This document shows positions 28,105 through 37,798 of a DNA stretch of 64,000 nucleotides, piece after piece (within the stretch, counting starts at the first letter, position 1; the number at the start of each line of letters is the position of its first letter). The position numbers and the translations under genes were made by a program. The DNA lies in assembly GCA_963808125.1 (NCBI GenBank), contig CAWEEP010000007.1:12820-76819 (forward strand), in the 5' to 3' direction. The notes beneath the pieces were generated by a model. The model searched no databases, was not told where the DNA came from, and worked only from the letters and a program-made list of their open reading frames with translations. The DNA comes from Candidatus Dormiibacterota bacterium (GTDB lineage: Bacteria; Chloroflexota; Dormibacteria; Aeolococcales; Aeolococcaceae).

Positions 28105-29084
28105 CGGCACTCCTCTTCGCCGGCGGTCTCATCGTGATCGCGGCTGCCAGCGAGCTGTTCACCAACGCTGTCGAGTGGGCCGGCCACCTGATGCGCCTGG
28201 GCACCGGCCCCACCGGCAGTCTCCTGGCCGCCTTCGGGACCGCCCTGCCCGAGACAATCGTCGCCATCGTGGCCCTGGTGAGCGGAGGCAACGACGCTCA
28301 GCGCATCGCCATCGGGGCGGTCCTCGGCTCCTCGTTCCTGCTCCTCACGCTGGGGGGAGCCATCACCGGGGTGGCGGTGCTCGCCCGGGGAGGGAGGCGG
28401 GAACTGAGGGTGGCCCCGGCCCAGGCGCGACGGGACCTGGGCGTGTTCCTCGTCGCCTTCGCCTTGGCGATCGGATCCGCTGCCATCCCCCGGCCGGCGC
28501 GGATCGGCATCGGGGTCATCCTGCTCCTCATCTACGCAGGGCATGTGACCATGACCGTGCGCGGCGGTGGGAAGGACGACAAGGAGGCGCCGGAGCCGCT
28601 CCACATCGTCCGCTGGCGCCAGAGACCGCCGGCAGCGGCGGTGGCGGTTCAGCTCGTCGGAGCGGTGGCTCTGATCATCATCGGTTCCCAGCTCTTCGTC
28701 GCCGCCGTCCACCAGACAGCCCAGAGCCTGGGCATCGACCCACTCGTCCTGGCGGTGATCGTCATCCCCTTCGTGACGGAGCTTCCGGAGACGTTCAACA
28801 GCGTGCTCTGGATCCGCAGCGGCGACGACGAGCTCGCCATCGGCAACGTGGCGGGCTCGGCCGCCTTCCAAGCGTGCGTGCTCGGCTTCCTGGGTGTGAC
28901 CTTCACCACCTGGAATCTGGGCACCGCCGGTCTGCTCACCGCCGCCTGCGCCTTCGCCACGGGCGTGTACCTCCTCGCCCTCCTCCACGATGGGCGGGCC
29001 CACGGCCGTCTCGTCCTCCTCGCCGCGCTTCCGTGGCTCGCCTACGTGGTCGCCGAATTCGCCACGGGAGGCCATCTTGGATGA
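28101..29084 (+). CDS. CaCA-family cation/Ca2+ exchanger
   Basis: ~10 TM helices. Two alpha-repeat motifs, GTALPET and VTELPET, with SELFTNAVEW at the N-terminus. Confidence 0.8.
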   Translation: MTALLFAGGLIVIAAASELFTNAVEWAGHLMRLGTGPTGSLLAAFGTALPETIVAIVALVSGGNDAQRIAIGAVLGSSFLLLTLGGAITGVAVLARGGRRELRVAPAQARRDLGVFLVAFALAIGSAAIPRPARIGIGVILLLIYAGHVTMTVRGGGKDDKEAPEPLHIVRWRQRPPAAAVAVQLVGAVALIIIGSQLFVAAVHQTAQSLGIDPLVLAVIVIPFVTELPETFNSVLWIRSGDDELAIGNVAGSAAFQACVLGFLGVTFTTWNLGTAGLLTAACAFATGVYLLALLHDGRAHGRLVLLAALPWLAYVVAEFATGGHLG

Positions 29085-29142
29085 GGCCGGGAGCCCTCGC
29101 CGGAGGGGGCCGCGCGGAGCGACCCCATGGCATGATGCCGCC

Positions 29143-29952
29143 GTGACCACCGAAGCCGACACCGACACCCATGGCCACCACGAGGCGGTGCTGCGCTCGC
29201 ATCGATGGCGCACGGGCGCCAACTCCGCCGCCTACCTCCTGCCCAACCTGCGTCCCGGGATGAGCCTCCTCGACGTCGGCTGCGGGCCCGGCACGCTGAC
29301 GACGGACCTGGCCCGCAAGGTCGCCCCCGGCCGGGTGGTCGGCATCGACCTGTCAGCCGACGTCGTGGCCCAGGCCCAGGCCCACGCCCGCGACCAAGGC
29401 GTCGCCAACGCATCGTTCCGGGTGGGCGACTTCCGCTCCGCTGACCTGGCCCCGGCGTCGTTCGACGTCGTCCACGCTCACCAGCTGCTGCAGCACCTCC
29501 GCGATCCGGTGGGGGCGCTGCGGACGATGGCGAAGCTCGCCCGCCCTGGCGGCGTCGTGGCGGCGCGGGACGGAGACTACTCCGCGATGGCGTGGTCTCC
29601 ACCCGATCCCCGTCTGGACCGCTGGCGCGAGATCTATCTGGCCGTGACCCGGCGCAACGGCGCCGAGGCGAACGCCGCCCGGTGGCTGCCGCGGTGGGCA
29701 AGCGCCGCCGGTCTCGCCGACACCGTCTACACCACCTCGACCTGGACCTTCGCCACACCCCATGACCGGAGTTGGTGGTCGGCCCTGTGGGCGGAGCGCA
29801 CCACGTCCTCGTCACTTGCCCATCAGGCCGTGGAGTACGGGATCGCCACCCAGGCGGAGCTGGAGGAGGCGGCCGAGGGATGGCGCGCGTGGGGCGAGGT
29901 CCCCGACGCCGTCTTCATCGTCGTTCTCGGGGAGATCATCGCCCGGACGTGA
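29143..29952 (+). CDS. Class I SAM-dependent methyltransferase (Methyltransf_11-like)
   Basis: GTG start. LLDVGCGPGTLTTDLA, VVGIDLS, LARPGGVVAARD. Confidence 0.8.
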   Translation: MTTEADTDTHGHHEAVLRSHRWRTGANSAAYLLPNLRPGMSLLDVGCGPGTLTTDLARKVAPGRVVGIDLSADVVAQAQAHARDQGVANASFRVGDFRSADLAPASFDVVHAHQLLQHLRDPVGALRTMAKLARPGGVVAARDGDYSAMAWSPPDPRLDRWREIYLAVTRRNGAEANAARWLPRWASAAGLADTVYTTSTWTFATPHDRSWWSALWAERTTSSSLAHQAVEYGIATQAELEEAAEGWRAWGEVPDAVFIVVLGEIIART

Positions 29953-30195
29953 CCGGCCGCGGCTGCCCGCCGCCGCCACCACCGTCGTCGATCCGCCCTT
30001 TCTGGGTGGTGTGCGATGCCCGTTCCGCTTCCCCCGGCGCCGGCAGGGCCGCCCGGTCGATGGGGCCGTCGACCCCGAGGACGGCATGCCCCTGGGGACA
30101 ACAGGCGGGCAGACGCCAGAGGCCGCCGACCCCTACACGCCCTCGCCCGGTGCCGCGGAGGCCGGAGGCGTGGCCGGCGTGCTGCGGCGGGCGGC

Positions 30196-30816
30196 ATGGG
30201 TCCGAGACTGGCCCGCTGGCGATCGATCGCTTCTCTGCTGCCCGTCGGCGGCCGCGCCGCCGTGGCCGCGTCCATCCTCGTCAACCTCCTCATCGTCCAG
30301 GACTTCACTCAGATCGAACTCACGCGTGGCGAGAGCGTCGGCCTCGGCGAGGTGGCCGAGATCGGCGACCGCATGCGCGTGACCACGGCCCTCTCCGCAG
30401 CCCGTGGGGAGCGCATCCTCGCCACCGTCCCCGACGGCCTGGACGGGTACATCGGTCGCGCCTATCACGACGGCGTCGACCTCTCCGGCGGCCAGTGGCA
30501 GACGGTCGGACTGGGGCGCTGCCTGATGCGGGAGAGGCCCCTGCTGCTCGCCCTCGACGAGCCGGCGGCGGCGCTGGATGCCGCGGCGGAGCACGCGCAC
30601 TTCGAGCGCTACGCCTCCTCCGCCGCCTCCGCCGGCGTGCGCGTGGGCAGCGTCACCGTCCTCGTCTCCCACCGCTTCAGCACCGTGCTGATGGCGGACA
30701 GGATCGCCGTGCTGAAGGGGGGAAGGCTCATCGAATCCGGCTCCCACGCCGAGCTGATGGCGCGGGGCGGCCTCTACGCCGAGCTCTTCCAGCTGCAGGC
30801 GCGCGCCTACCGCTGA
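30196..30816 (+). pseudogene. Remnant of an ABC exporter (TMD-NBD fusion) with large internal deletions
   Basis: Retains only the first TMD residues (WRSIASLLPVGGRAAVAASILVNLL), a piece before Walker A (..IELTRGESVGL) and the NBD C-half (LSGGQWQ, Walker B LLLALDEPAAALD, H-loop VSHR, ..LYAELFQLQ). Walker A and six TM helices are missing. Confidence 0.7.
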
Positions 30817-31706
30817 AGCCGCCGCGCGTGGCGCCCCGGCCGGAGGCCGCCGCCGTCCCCGCCCCCGTCGCCGTTCACTCGCCTCAGCAGCGGCAGCCCC
30901 TCGTGACCGGCGACGGCGATGATAACGAGCGCGGCCCCCAGCCCCTGGACGGCGTTGATGGTCTCGCCTGTGAGCACCACCGCGAAGAAGAGGGCCCAGG
31001 CGGGCTCCATGGCCAGGATCAGGGCGGCGCGGGTGGCGCTGAGGTGCTTCTGGGCCCACGCCTGGAGAAAGAAGGCGAGGGCGCTGGCGAAGACGCCGGT
31101 GATGACGACGGCGAACCAGACGATCCCCGAGGGCGGGCGGAAGGTCGTCGACCCGGCGGCCGAGAAGATGACGAAGCACACGGCCATCTGGACGGCGGCG
31201 AGGTCGGCGGCGGAGAGGCCGGGGCCGAGACGGGAGAGCAGCACGATCTGCAGGGCGAAGAACAGAGCGCTGGCGAGGATGAGCAGATCCCCGACGCTGA
31301 CGACGGTCCCACCCCCGGTCCCGGCGAGGAGGGCGGTCCCGACCAGGGCGACGGCGACGGCGACGACGGTGCGCGGCGGGATGCGGGTGCCGAAGAAGTG
31401 GTCGATCACCGGAGTGAAGACGACGAAGAGGCCGGTGATGAGGCCGGCGACACCCGGCGACGTGTCCTGCATGCCGTACGTCTGCAGCGCGTAGCCGAGG
31501 GCGACGGCGATCCCGATGACACCGCCGGCGCGCAGCGCCCGCCGGCCGGGGAGCCGCCGCGCGATGGGCAGCATGACGACGACGGCGAGGGCGAAGCGGA
31601 GGGAGAGGAACGGTGCCACCGGGTACTGGGAGATGGCCTCCTTGACGAGGACGAAGGTCCACCCCCAGACGGCGGTGACGGCGGTGAGCACGAGGACGTA
31701 GATCAC
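30807..31706 (-). CDS. EamA/DMT-family transporter
   Basis: 299 aa, 10 TM helices, TAVWGWTFVLVKEAI.. EamA repeats. Confidence 0.8.
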   Translation of the reverse strand: MIYVLVLTAVTAVWGWTFVLVKEAISQYPVAPFLSLRFALAVVVMLPIARRLPGRRALRAGGVIGIAVALGYALQTYGMQDTSPGVAGLITGLFVVFTPVIDHFFGTRIPPRTVVAVAVALVGTALLAGTGGGTVVSVGDLLILASALFFALQIVLLSRLGPGLSAADLAAVQMAVCFVIFSAAGSTTFRPPSGIVWFAVVITGVFASALAFFLQAWAQKHLSATRAALILAMEPAWALFFAVVLTGETINAVQGLGAALVIIAVAGHEGLPLLRRVNGDGGGDGGGLRPGRHARRLQR

Positions 31707-31763
31707 AGAACGGAGTGCACGGTACCCACCGAGGGCCCCCTCCGGCTCGGGAAGTGCCCCGGC

Positions 31764-32499
31764 TCAGTCGAGGGGGCTGATGGGGACGGCGGCGGGATTG
31801 GAGGGGCCCCGACCGGCCGCCGTCGGCGCCGCGGGCTGGCCCGAGAGCTCGTCAAGGCGGTATCCGACGCCGCGCAGCGTGGTGATGCGGACCCTGGCCG
31901 CCTGGGGGAGCTTCTGCCGGATCCACGAGACGTGCACGTCCACCGTGCTCGCGCCCCCGGTGAAGCGGGGGCCCCACACGAGGTCCAGGAGTTCGTGACG
32001 GCGAAAGGCCCGACCCGGCGATCGCATCAGCGCGATCAGGAGGTCGAACTCCCGGGGGCGGAACTCCAGGGGCGCACCGTCGACCTCCGCCTCTCGCGAC
32101 GCCGGATCGAGGGTCAGGCCGCCGAGGTCGGAGGCGGCCCATCTCCCCCATCGCCTTGGCCTCCCGGCGACGCAGCAGGGCCAGCAGGTGGGCCTCGATG
32201 ACGGAGTCCGCCTCAGTCGCGGCGAGGCAGACGTCGGCGCCGCAGCTCAGCGCGGCGACCCGGTTCGCCATCCCGTCGTCGGTGATGATCACAAGGGGGG
32301 CCGCACTCATCCGCCGCACCGCCAGGGCCAGGGCGGCGGGGTTGGAGGTCTCGGCGAGGAGCGCGTCCGCGCCCGTGGCCATCCCCGGATCGTCCGGCCA
32401 GCCCACGACGCGGCGCACCCGGCATCCGGCCCGGGTGAGTCGCTGTTCGATGCTCAGGGCGCGCCCACCGGGCACGCCGATGAGCAGCACCTCAGGCAC
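31764..32499 (-). CDS. OmpR/PhoB-type regulator with atypical (pseudo-)receiver domain; one frameshift
   Basis: C-terminal winged helix RPREFDLLIALMRSPGRAFRRHELLDLVWG..VDVHVSWIRQKL..LRGVGYRL. The N-terminal receiver fold lacks the DD pocket (VLLIGVPGG), the phospho-Asp (..ALLAETS) and the conserved Lys. -1 shift near 32,135-32,140. Confidence 0.75.
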
Positions 32500-32508
32500 T
32501 CAGCGGCC

Positions 32509-33180
32509 TCAGTAGTTGGATACGTTGAGGTCTTCGATCCGACCGGTCATGAGGTAGACGGTGCGCTCGCAGAGGTTGGTGACGCGGTCGGCGATCCTCT
32601 CCAGATTGTGCGTGGCCCACAGCTGGTAGGTGCAGGGGACGACCGCCGATGGCTCGGCGGTCATGGTGGCGAGGAGCTCGCCGTAGATGTCGTCGTAGAG
32701 CCGATCGACGGCGTCGTCCTCGCGGACCAGCGTCCGGGCGGCGGGGGCGTCCCGGTCGCGCAGCGCCCTGACCCCGGCGGAGAGCATGGCGCGCACCCGG
32801 TCGCCCATGGTCAGGACGCTCGCCGGGAGAGGTCGCATCGGCGGGCGCCCCAGCATGAGCGCCACCTTGGCGATGCCCTCGGCGTGGTCGCCGATCCGTT
32901 CCAGATCGCTGATGACGTACAGGACGGCGATGAGCAGGCGGAGGCGCTCCGAGCCGGGGCCCTGGGACAGCTCGGCGGTGACCAGGTCCTCGACGGCGTA
33001 TCGCCTGCGGTTGACCTCCGAGTCGCCGCGCACCACCGCGTCGGCGCCCTCCAGGTCGGAGACGGCCAACGTGCGCAGGGCCCTGGCGAGCTGGGCCTCC
33101 ACCATGTCGGCGAGCTCCCAGAGGCCCGCCGAGATCGGATCCGGGGCGGCACCTTCGGCTTGATCGATCGTTAAGGGCAC
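32509..33180 (-). CDS. phoU: Phosphate-signalling regulator PhoU
   Basis: Two PhoU repeats with ERIGDHAEGIAK and ERIADRVTNLCE, plus DDAVDRLYDDIYGEL. Start taken at GTG 33180; the ORF extends to 33243. Confidence 0.85.
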   Translation of the reverse strand: MPLTIDQAEGAAPDPISAGLWELADMVEAQLARALRTLAVSDLEGADAVVRGDSEVNRRRYAVEDLVTAELSQGPGSERLRLLIAVLYVISDLERIGDHAEGIAKVALMLGRPPMRPLPASVLTMGDRVRAMLSAGVRALRDRDAPAARTLVREDDAVDRLYDDIYGELLATMTAEPSAVVPCTYQLWATHNLERIADRVTNLCERTVYLMTGRIEDLNVSNY

Positions 33181-33231
33181 CTTAACCCTTACAGGAGCAA
33201 GTCTCCACACCGACAGTTCAACCTGCGCAGT

Positions 33232-34734
33232 ATGGAGCAGCAAGTGGACACAGGCGGCGTCGGTTCAGCGGCCACCCCGGGGCAGACAATCGGGGAGGCG
33301 CTCGACGAGGCGCCTCTGAGCCTCTTCCACCTCAAGGCGGCGGTCACCTCGGCCATGGGCTTCTTCACCGATGCCTATGACCTTTTCATCATCGGGGTGG
33401 CCATCACTCTGGTTAAGAGCGAGTGGCACCTCAGCGCAGTGCAGACCAGCTTCCTCGGCAGCGCCACCCTGATCGCCACCCTGGTAGGGGCCGTCGTCTG
33501 CGGGCGGCTGGCCGACATCTTCGGCCGGAAGAGCGTCTACGGCCTCGTCGCCATGATCATGGCGGGGGGGGCGATCGCCACCGCCCTGGCTCCCAACTAC
33601 GTCTGGCTCGTTATCTTCCGCTTCGTGCTGGGCATCGGCATCGGCGGCGACTACCCGGTGAGCGCCGTGCTGATCAGCGAGTATGCCAACAAGGCGCGGC
33701 GCGGTCTGCTGGTCTCCCTGGTCTTCTCTGCCCAGGCCGCCGGGCTTGTCCTGGGCCCGGTCGTCGCCCTCTGCCTGCTCGCCTCCGGGGTGAACCACGA
33801 CATCGCCTGGCGGCTGATGCTCGGTCTCGGCGCTCTCCCGGCCCTCAGCGTGATCTACCTCCGCCGCAGCATGCCGGAGTCGCCCCGCTTCGCCGCGGCG
33901 GTTCAGGGGCGCGAGGCCGAGGCCCGGGCCAACCTGGAGAGGTACAGCCAGGGCGTGGTGCGGTCGTCCGAAGGTCCCACCCAGCGGGTGCGCTCCAGCC
34001 TGCGCGACTTCCTCACCAACCGCCGCAGCCTGCGCCTGATCCTCGGCACGGCTGGATCGTGGTTCCTCCTCGACTACGTCTACTACGGGAACACGATCTC
34101 GGCCCCGCAGGTCCTCCGGGCGGTGGCGCCGTCGACCGACCTCCTTCACACGACGGCGTGGACGCTGATGATCTTCGCCCTCTTCGCCGTGCCCGGGTAT
34201 GTCCTCGCCTTCCTGCGCATCGACCACATCGGCCACCGCCGCCTGCAGTGGGTCGGCTTCCTGGGCATGGCGGCGTGCTTCGCATGCATCGGCCTGGTCC
34301 CCGGGCTGACCACCGCGGTCGTCCCCTTCCTCCTCCTCTACGGCATCAGCTACTTCTTCACCGAGTTCGGGCCCAACGTGACCACCTTCGTCATCCCCAC
34401 CGAGGTCTTTGGCGTCGGCGAGCGGAGCACGGGCCACGGCATTGCCGCCGGGATTGGCAAGCTGGGCGCCTTCATCGGGGTCTTCGTGTTTCCCCTGGAG
34501 GCGGCCGCGTTCGGCCTTGGGGGGACGCTGCTGCTCTGCGCAGTCCTGGGGCTGGCCGGCGCCCTCCTGACGCAGATCCTGCCCGAGCCCGGCGGTCTCA
34601 GCCTGGACGTCCTCTCAAAGCCGCGGACGCCCGTGCCCCTCTCCTGGGAGCCCGTTCTCGGTGAGCCGATCGCCTCTGGGCCGCACAACGGCGAGCACGC
34701 CACCAAGGAACTGGTCACCGGGCCGGTCCTGTAG
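33232..34734 (+). CDS. MFS inorganic phosphate:H+ symporter (PHS/Pho84-PiPT-like)
   Basis: 500 aa, 12 TM helices. LFHLKAAVTSAMGFFTDAYDLFIIG and GGDYPVSAVLISEYANKARRG are PHS-family hallmarks. Divergent from phoU. Confidence 0.8.
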   Translation: MEQQVDTGGVGSAATPGQTIGEALDEAPLSLFHLKAAVTSAMGFFTDAYDLFIIGVAITLVKSEWHLSAVQTSFLGSATLIATLVGAVVCGRLADIFGRKSVYGLVAMIMAGGAIATALAPNYVWLVIFRFVLGIGIGGDYPVSAVLISEYANKARRGLLVSLVFSAQAAGLVLGPVVALCLLASGVNHDIAWRLMLGLGALPALSVIYLRRSMPESPRFAAAVQGREAEARANLERYSQGVVRSSEGPTQRVRSSLRDFLTNRRSLRLILGTAGSWFLLDYVYYGNTISAPQVLRAVAPSTDLLHTTAWTLMIFALFAVPGYVLAFLRIDHIGHRRLQWVGFLGMAACFACIGLVPGLTTAVVPFLLLYGISYFFTEFGPNVTTFVIPTEVFGVGERSTGHGIAAGIGKLGAFIGVFVFPLEAAAFGLGGTLLLCAVLGLAGALLTQILPEPGGLSLDVLSKPRTPVPLSWEPVLGEPIASGPHNGEHATKELVTGPVL

Positions 34735-34744
34735 CGGCCGCCGG

Positions 34745-34775
34745 GTGCGGCCCCTCGGCCCGGGACGGGCCGCAC
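34745..34775 (+). terminator. GC-rich hairpin downstream of the phosphate transporter
   Basis: GTGCGGCCC-(13 nt)-GGGCCGCAC, a 9-bp perfect stem starting 11 nt after the stop. No U-tract. Confidence 0.35.
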
Positions 34776-34814
34776 GCCGACAATACGAGCCGTGAACCGC
34801 CGCCGCGACGCGCC

Positions 34815-35561
34815 GTGACCGGGCTCCAGCTCGGTGTCGTCGCCGCGGCCGGCTTCGTCGCTGGCGCCGTCAACACCGTCGCCGGGGGCGGGTCCCTGCT
34901 CAGCTTCCCGGCGCTCCTTGGTGCCGGCCTCACCCCCCTCGTCGCCAACATCACCAACACCGTCGGCCTCATCCCCGGCCAGGCCGCCGGCGCCCAGGGG
35001 TACCGGACCGAGTTGCGCGGACAGCGGGTCAGGCTGATCCGGCTGGCCATACCGATGGCCGTGGGCGGCGTCATCGGGGCGACGCTCCTCCTCACCACAC
35101 CGCCCGGCGTCTTCAAGCACGTAGTGCCGTGGCTGATCCTGGCCAGCTGCCTCGCCCTGCTGCTGCAGCGGCGGCTCCTGCGCATCATGGGTGAGCACCG
35201 CGGGGACCAATCAGCTCCGCTTCGCGCCGGCCTCCTCCTCGGCGGCGTGTACGGCGGCTACTTCGGGGCCGCGCTCGGCATCATGCTGCTCGCCCTGCTG
35301 GCCCTCTTCATCCAAGATCGCCTGCAGCGTCTCAACGCCGCCAAGGTGGTGCTGAGCGGCATGGTCAACGTCATCGCCGCCGTCGCCTTCGTGATCTTCG
35401 GTCCCGTGAACTGGCTGTGCGCCCTGGTGCTCGGCTGCGGCTCGCTGATGGGGGGGAGGCTGGGCGCCCACCTCGGCCGGCGCATCCCCGCCGAGGCGCT
35501 GCGCGTCGGCGTCGCCGTGGTCGGTGCCGGCGTGGCGGTGAAGCTGCTCGTCTTCCCCTGA
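34815..35561 (+). CDS. TauE/SafE (TSUP, DUF81) family anion exporter
   Basis: AGAVNTVAGGGSLLSFPALL; 7-8 TM helices; internal repeat. Confidence 0.8.
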   Translation: MTGLQLGVVAAAGFVAGAVNTVAGGGSLLSFPALLGAGLTPLVANITNTVGLIPGQAAGAQGYRTELRGQRVRLIRLAIPMAVGGVIGATLLLTTPPGVFKHVVPWLILASCLALLLQRRLLRIMGEHRGDQSAPLRAGLLLGGVYGGYFGAALGIMLLALLALFIQDRLQRLNAAKVVLSGMVNVIAAVAFVIFGPVNWLCALVLGCGSLMGGRLGAHLGRRIPAEALRVGVAVVGAGVAVKLLVFP

Positions 35562-35656
35562 CGCGGCCGCCCGGAAGCGGCCACATCTGGGAAAATGACG
35601 CGCTGGAGCGGGTTCCGGGGAGACCGCCCCACGCCATTGGGAAGAGGAGATTTCTG

Positions 35657-36159
35657 CTAGATCCGTCCGAACGGCGCCGAGGCGAGAGCGAACGATTTCA
35701 GGTCGACGCCCGCCGGGGCGAGCAGGCTGATACCGCCGTTCGCATCGACCAGTGCCAGGTAACCGTCGATCTCGATCATGAAGCTGGCGCCGGTCGGCGC
35801 CGCCACCGCATCGACTCCGACGGCGTCGGGGATCACCACGCTGCGGACCACGCGCCCTGCGCATCGACAAGCTCGAGCGTCGTCTGCGTGGCATCTGCGT
35901 TGTCATCGCCGATGAGGATCCGCGTCCCGTCAGCGCTCAGCGCCGGGACGGTGGGGCAGGACAGGGGCATTGACACCGGGACCGGCTCACCCAACACCGT
36001 CTGGAGGATCGAAACGCCCCCGCAGCCGGGAACCTTGAGATCCCAGAAGTACTCCGTGGCGAGGCTGCCATCCTCCGAACCCACTGACCACGGCTGTCCG
36101 CCGTCCGGGCGGGCCGGCTGCTGCCGGTAGAGGACCTTGCCGGTGGAGAGCTGGATGGC
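35657..36159 (-). CDS. Beta-propeller-like extracytoplasmic segment, contiguous in frame with the anti-sigma ORF after a TGA; one frameshift near 35,845
   Basis: ..AIQLSTGKVLYRQQ..SEDGSLATEYFWD..ALSADGTRILIGDD.. then (shifted) ..FMIEIDGYLALVDANGG... The S[PA]DGTR motif also occurs in the upstream ORF. Confidence 0.4.
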
Positions 36160-37197
36160 TCAGACGACTTCGGCGTCGTCGAGCTGTGGTTGGGAGACCT
36201 GGACCCCCGAGGCCTTGGCGGATGGCGTGGCGCCAGCGGAGGCCGATTCACTGGCAGACGCCGAAGCCGTCGCGGACGGCGACGGCGTGGCGGAGGGCGC
36301 ACCCGAGGCGTGGTAGACGACGGCCGTGTCGGTGGCGGGATCGCAGGCGTCCACCGAGGTGGATCCGAGGGCGGCCATGTCGGTGGAAGGCTCGCCGGTG
36401 GCGATGGTCGCGGTTATTGTCTTCTCGCCGTTCAGCTTCACCACCTCGAGCGTGAGGCTCGCGTCACTCTGGTTGGGCGTCTCCCCCGGAATGCTTTCGT
36501 TCAGAACCTGGGTCGGCCCGGCGACGCAGACCCCCGTGTCATTGCTCAGCCACTGAACCTCCACCATCAATATGCCTCCCACACCGACGGGGCTGAGCGA
36601 CGAGAGCGTAGTCACCGTGTGCCCGGTCTCATCGATGACCGTCCCGTCGTCGAGCGGGGCCCGGGTGCCGTCCGGACTGATAGCCTCGATGGCGGCCGGA
36701 AGGCGCTGTCCGATGATCGTCGACCTCTCCGGCAATTGGAACTGGTAACGGAGGGTGCCGGTCCAGTCCAGGACGTCGACCCGCTCGGTGACGGTCTGGC
36801 ACGGCGTCGTTGTGGGAGTGGCGAGGGCCGGAAAGGCCGGGGCGGAGTAGGTGCAGCTGCCCATGGTCGGCGCCACCGTCGTGCTCGTCATCCAGACGTC
36901 GTTCGTGCTGCCCTTCGCCACCGGCACGGCGGAGACGCCGGCGGTCAGGGCGGCACCGACGGCCGCGTGCTCGTTCGACGACGGCGTGCCGTGCAGGAAG
37001 AGGAAGCCCCCCGCGAGTGCCACCACCAGGGCAATCGAGAGGGCGCCGCTGAGCACGGCTGAACGCACCCGGCGGGAGTGCCAGGAGTGCTGCCGCAGCC
37101 GCACCTCGACACGCGGCTCGAAACCGACGGAGGCGGCCAGAGGGCCGAGCGCCTCGCGCAGCCGCGCCCGGACATCCTCGTCGTTGTGCAAGCTCAT
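36160..37197 (-). CDS. Anti-sigma factor, single-pass membrane protein with extracytoplasmic domain
   Basis: ATG 37197 overlaps the ECF sigma stop (ATGA). Short cytoplasmic N-terminus, TM helix AVLSGALSIALVVALAGGFLFL, then a ~260-aa external region with ISPDGTRAPLDDG and a Ser/Ala/Thr-rich tail. Confidence 0.65.
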   Translation of the reverse strand: MSLHNDEDVRARLREALGPLAASVGFEPRVEVRLRQHSWHSRRVRSAVLSGALSIALVVALAGGFLFLHGTPSSNEHAAVGAALTAGVSAVPVAKGSTNDVWMTSTTVAPTMGSCTYSAPAFPALATPTTTPCQTVTERVDVLDWTGTLRYQFQLPERSTIIGQRLPAAIEAISPDGTRAPLDDGTVIDETGHTVTTLSSLSPVGVGGILMVEVQWLSNDTGVCVAGPTQVLNESIPGETPNQSDASLTLEVVKLNGEKTITATIATGEPSTDMAALGSTSVDACDPATDTAVVYHASGAPSATPSPSATASASASESASAGATPSAKASGVQVSQPQLDDAEVV

Positions 37198-37743
37198 CTC
37201 GGCACCTCCGCAGCATCGAGCGCCGCCCTGAGGGCGGCGGTGGCACGGGAAACCCGCACTTGGCGGCGCTCTCCGAGCAGCCGAGTGAATCGGCCACAGC
37301 GGCGAACGGCAGATCGAGGTAGAAGCGCAGCGCCAGCGCCGACCGATACCCGTCCGGCAGCCCACGCAGGGCTCGGCGCACGTCCATGCCCGTGGCAAGG
37401 TCCACCTCCGCTGCGGAAGGGTCGCCGCGCGGCTCCCCCAGCCGGAAGACGCGGGCCCACCGACGGCGCCGGCCTACCCTGCATCGGTTGACGACGATGC
37501 CGAAGAACCATGGGCCCATCTCCGTGCCGGGCCGGCGGTTCCCCGGAGGTCCCCGGCGCGGAGCGCCGCCTCCTGGACGGCGTCCTCGGCGAGCGCCGGA
37601 TCCATGAGCATGGCGACCGCCAACCGGTGGGCGGGGAGAAGAAGCGGCGCCAGCTCCCGCTCGAAGGTGGTGGCCTCGGCACAGCCCGAGGAGCCGGCGA
37701 GGGCTGACGGCATCGCCTTATCCAGCTCTGCGGAGGTGCTCAT
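37194..37743 (-). CDS. ECF (group 4) sigma-70 factor, two frameshifts
   Basis: Region 2 ..LAEDAVQEAALRA.. and PWFFGIVVNRCR. Region 4 LRGLPDGYRSALALRFYLDLPFAAVADSLGCSESAAK/(shift)VSRATAALRAAL. Assembled from three overlapping ORF pieces. Confidence 0.75.
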
Positions 37744-37798
37744 GCCCGTATGCGGAATTCAGGGGCGGAAAGTCTCGCCGCCGGCGGAGGGGACCCGC

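Noticed and set aside
36160-36162. In-frame TGA of the anti-sigma ORF read as selenocysteine.
   Set aside because: No SECIS-like hairpin follows. There is no Cys/Sec-type redox context, and no sel genes are in the window. A sequencing error or a real stop is simpler.
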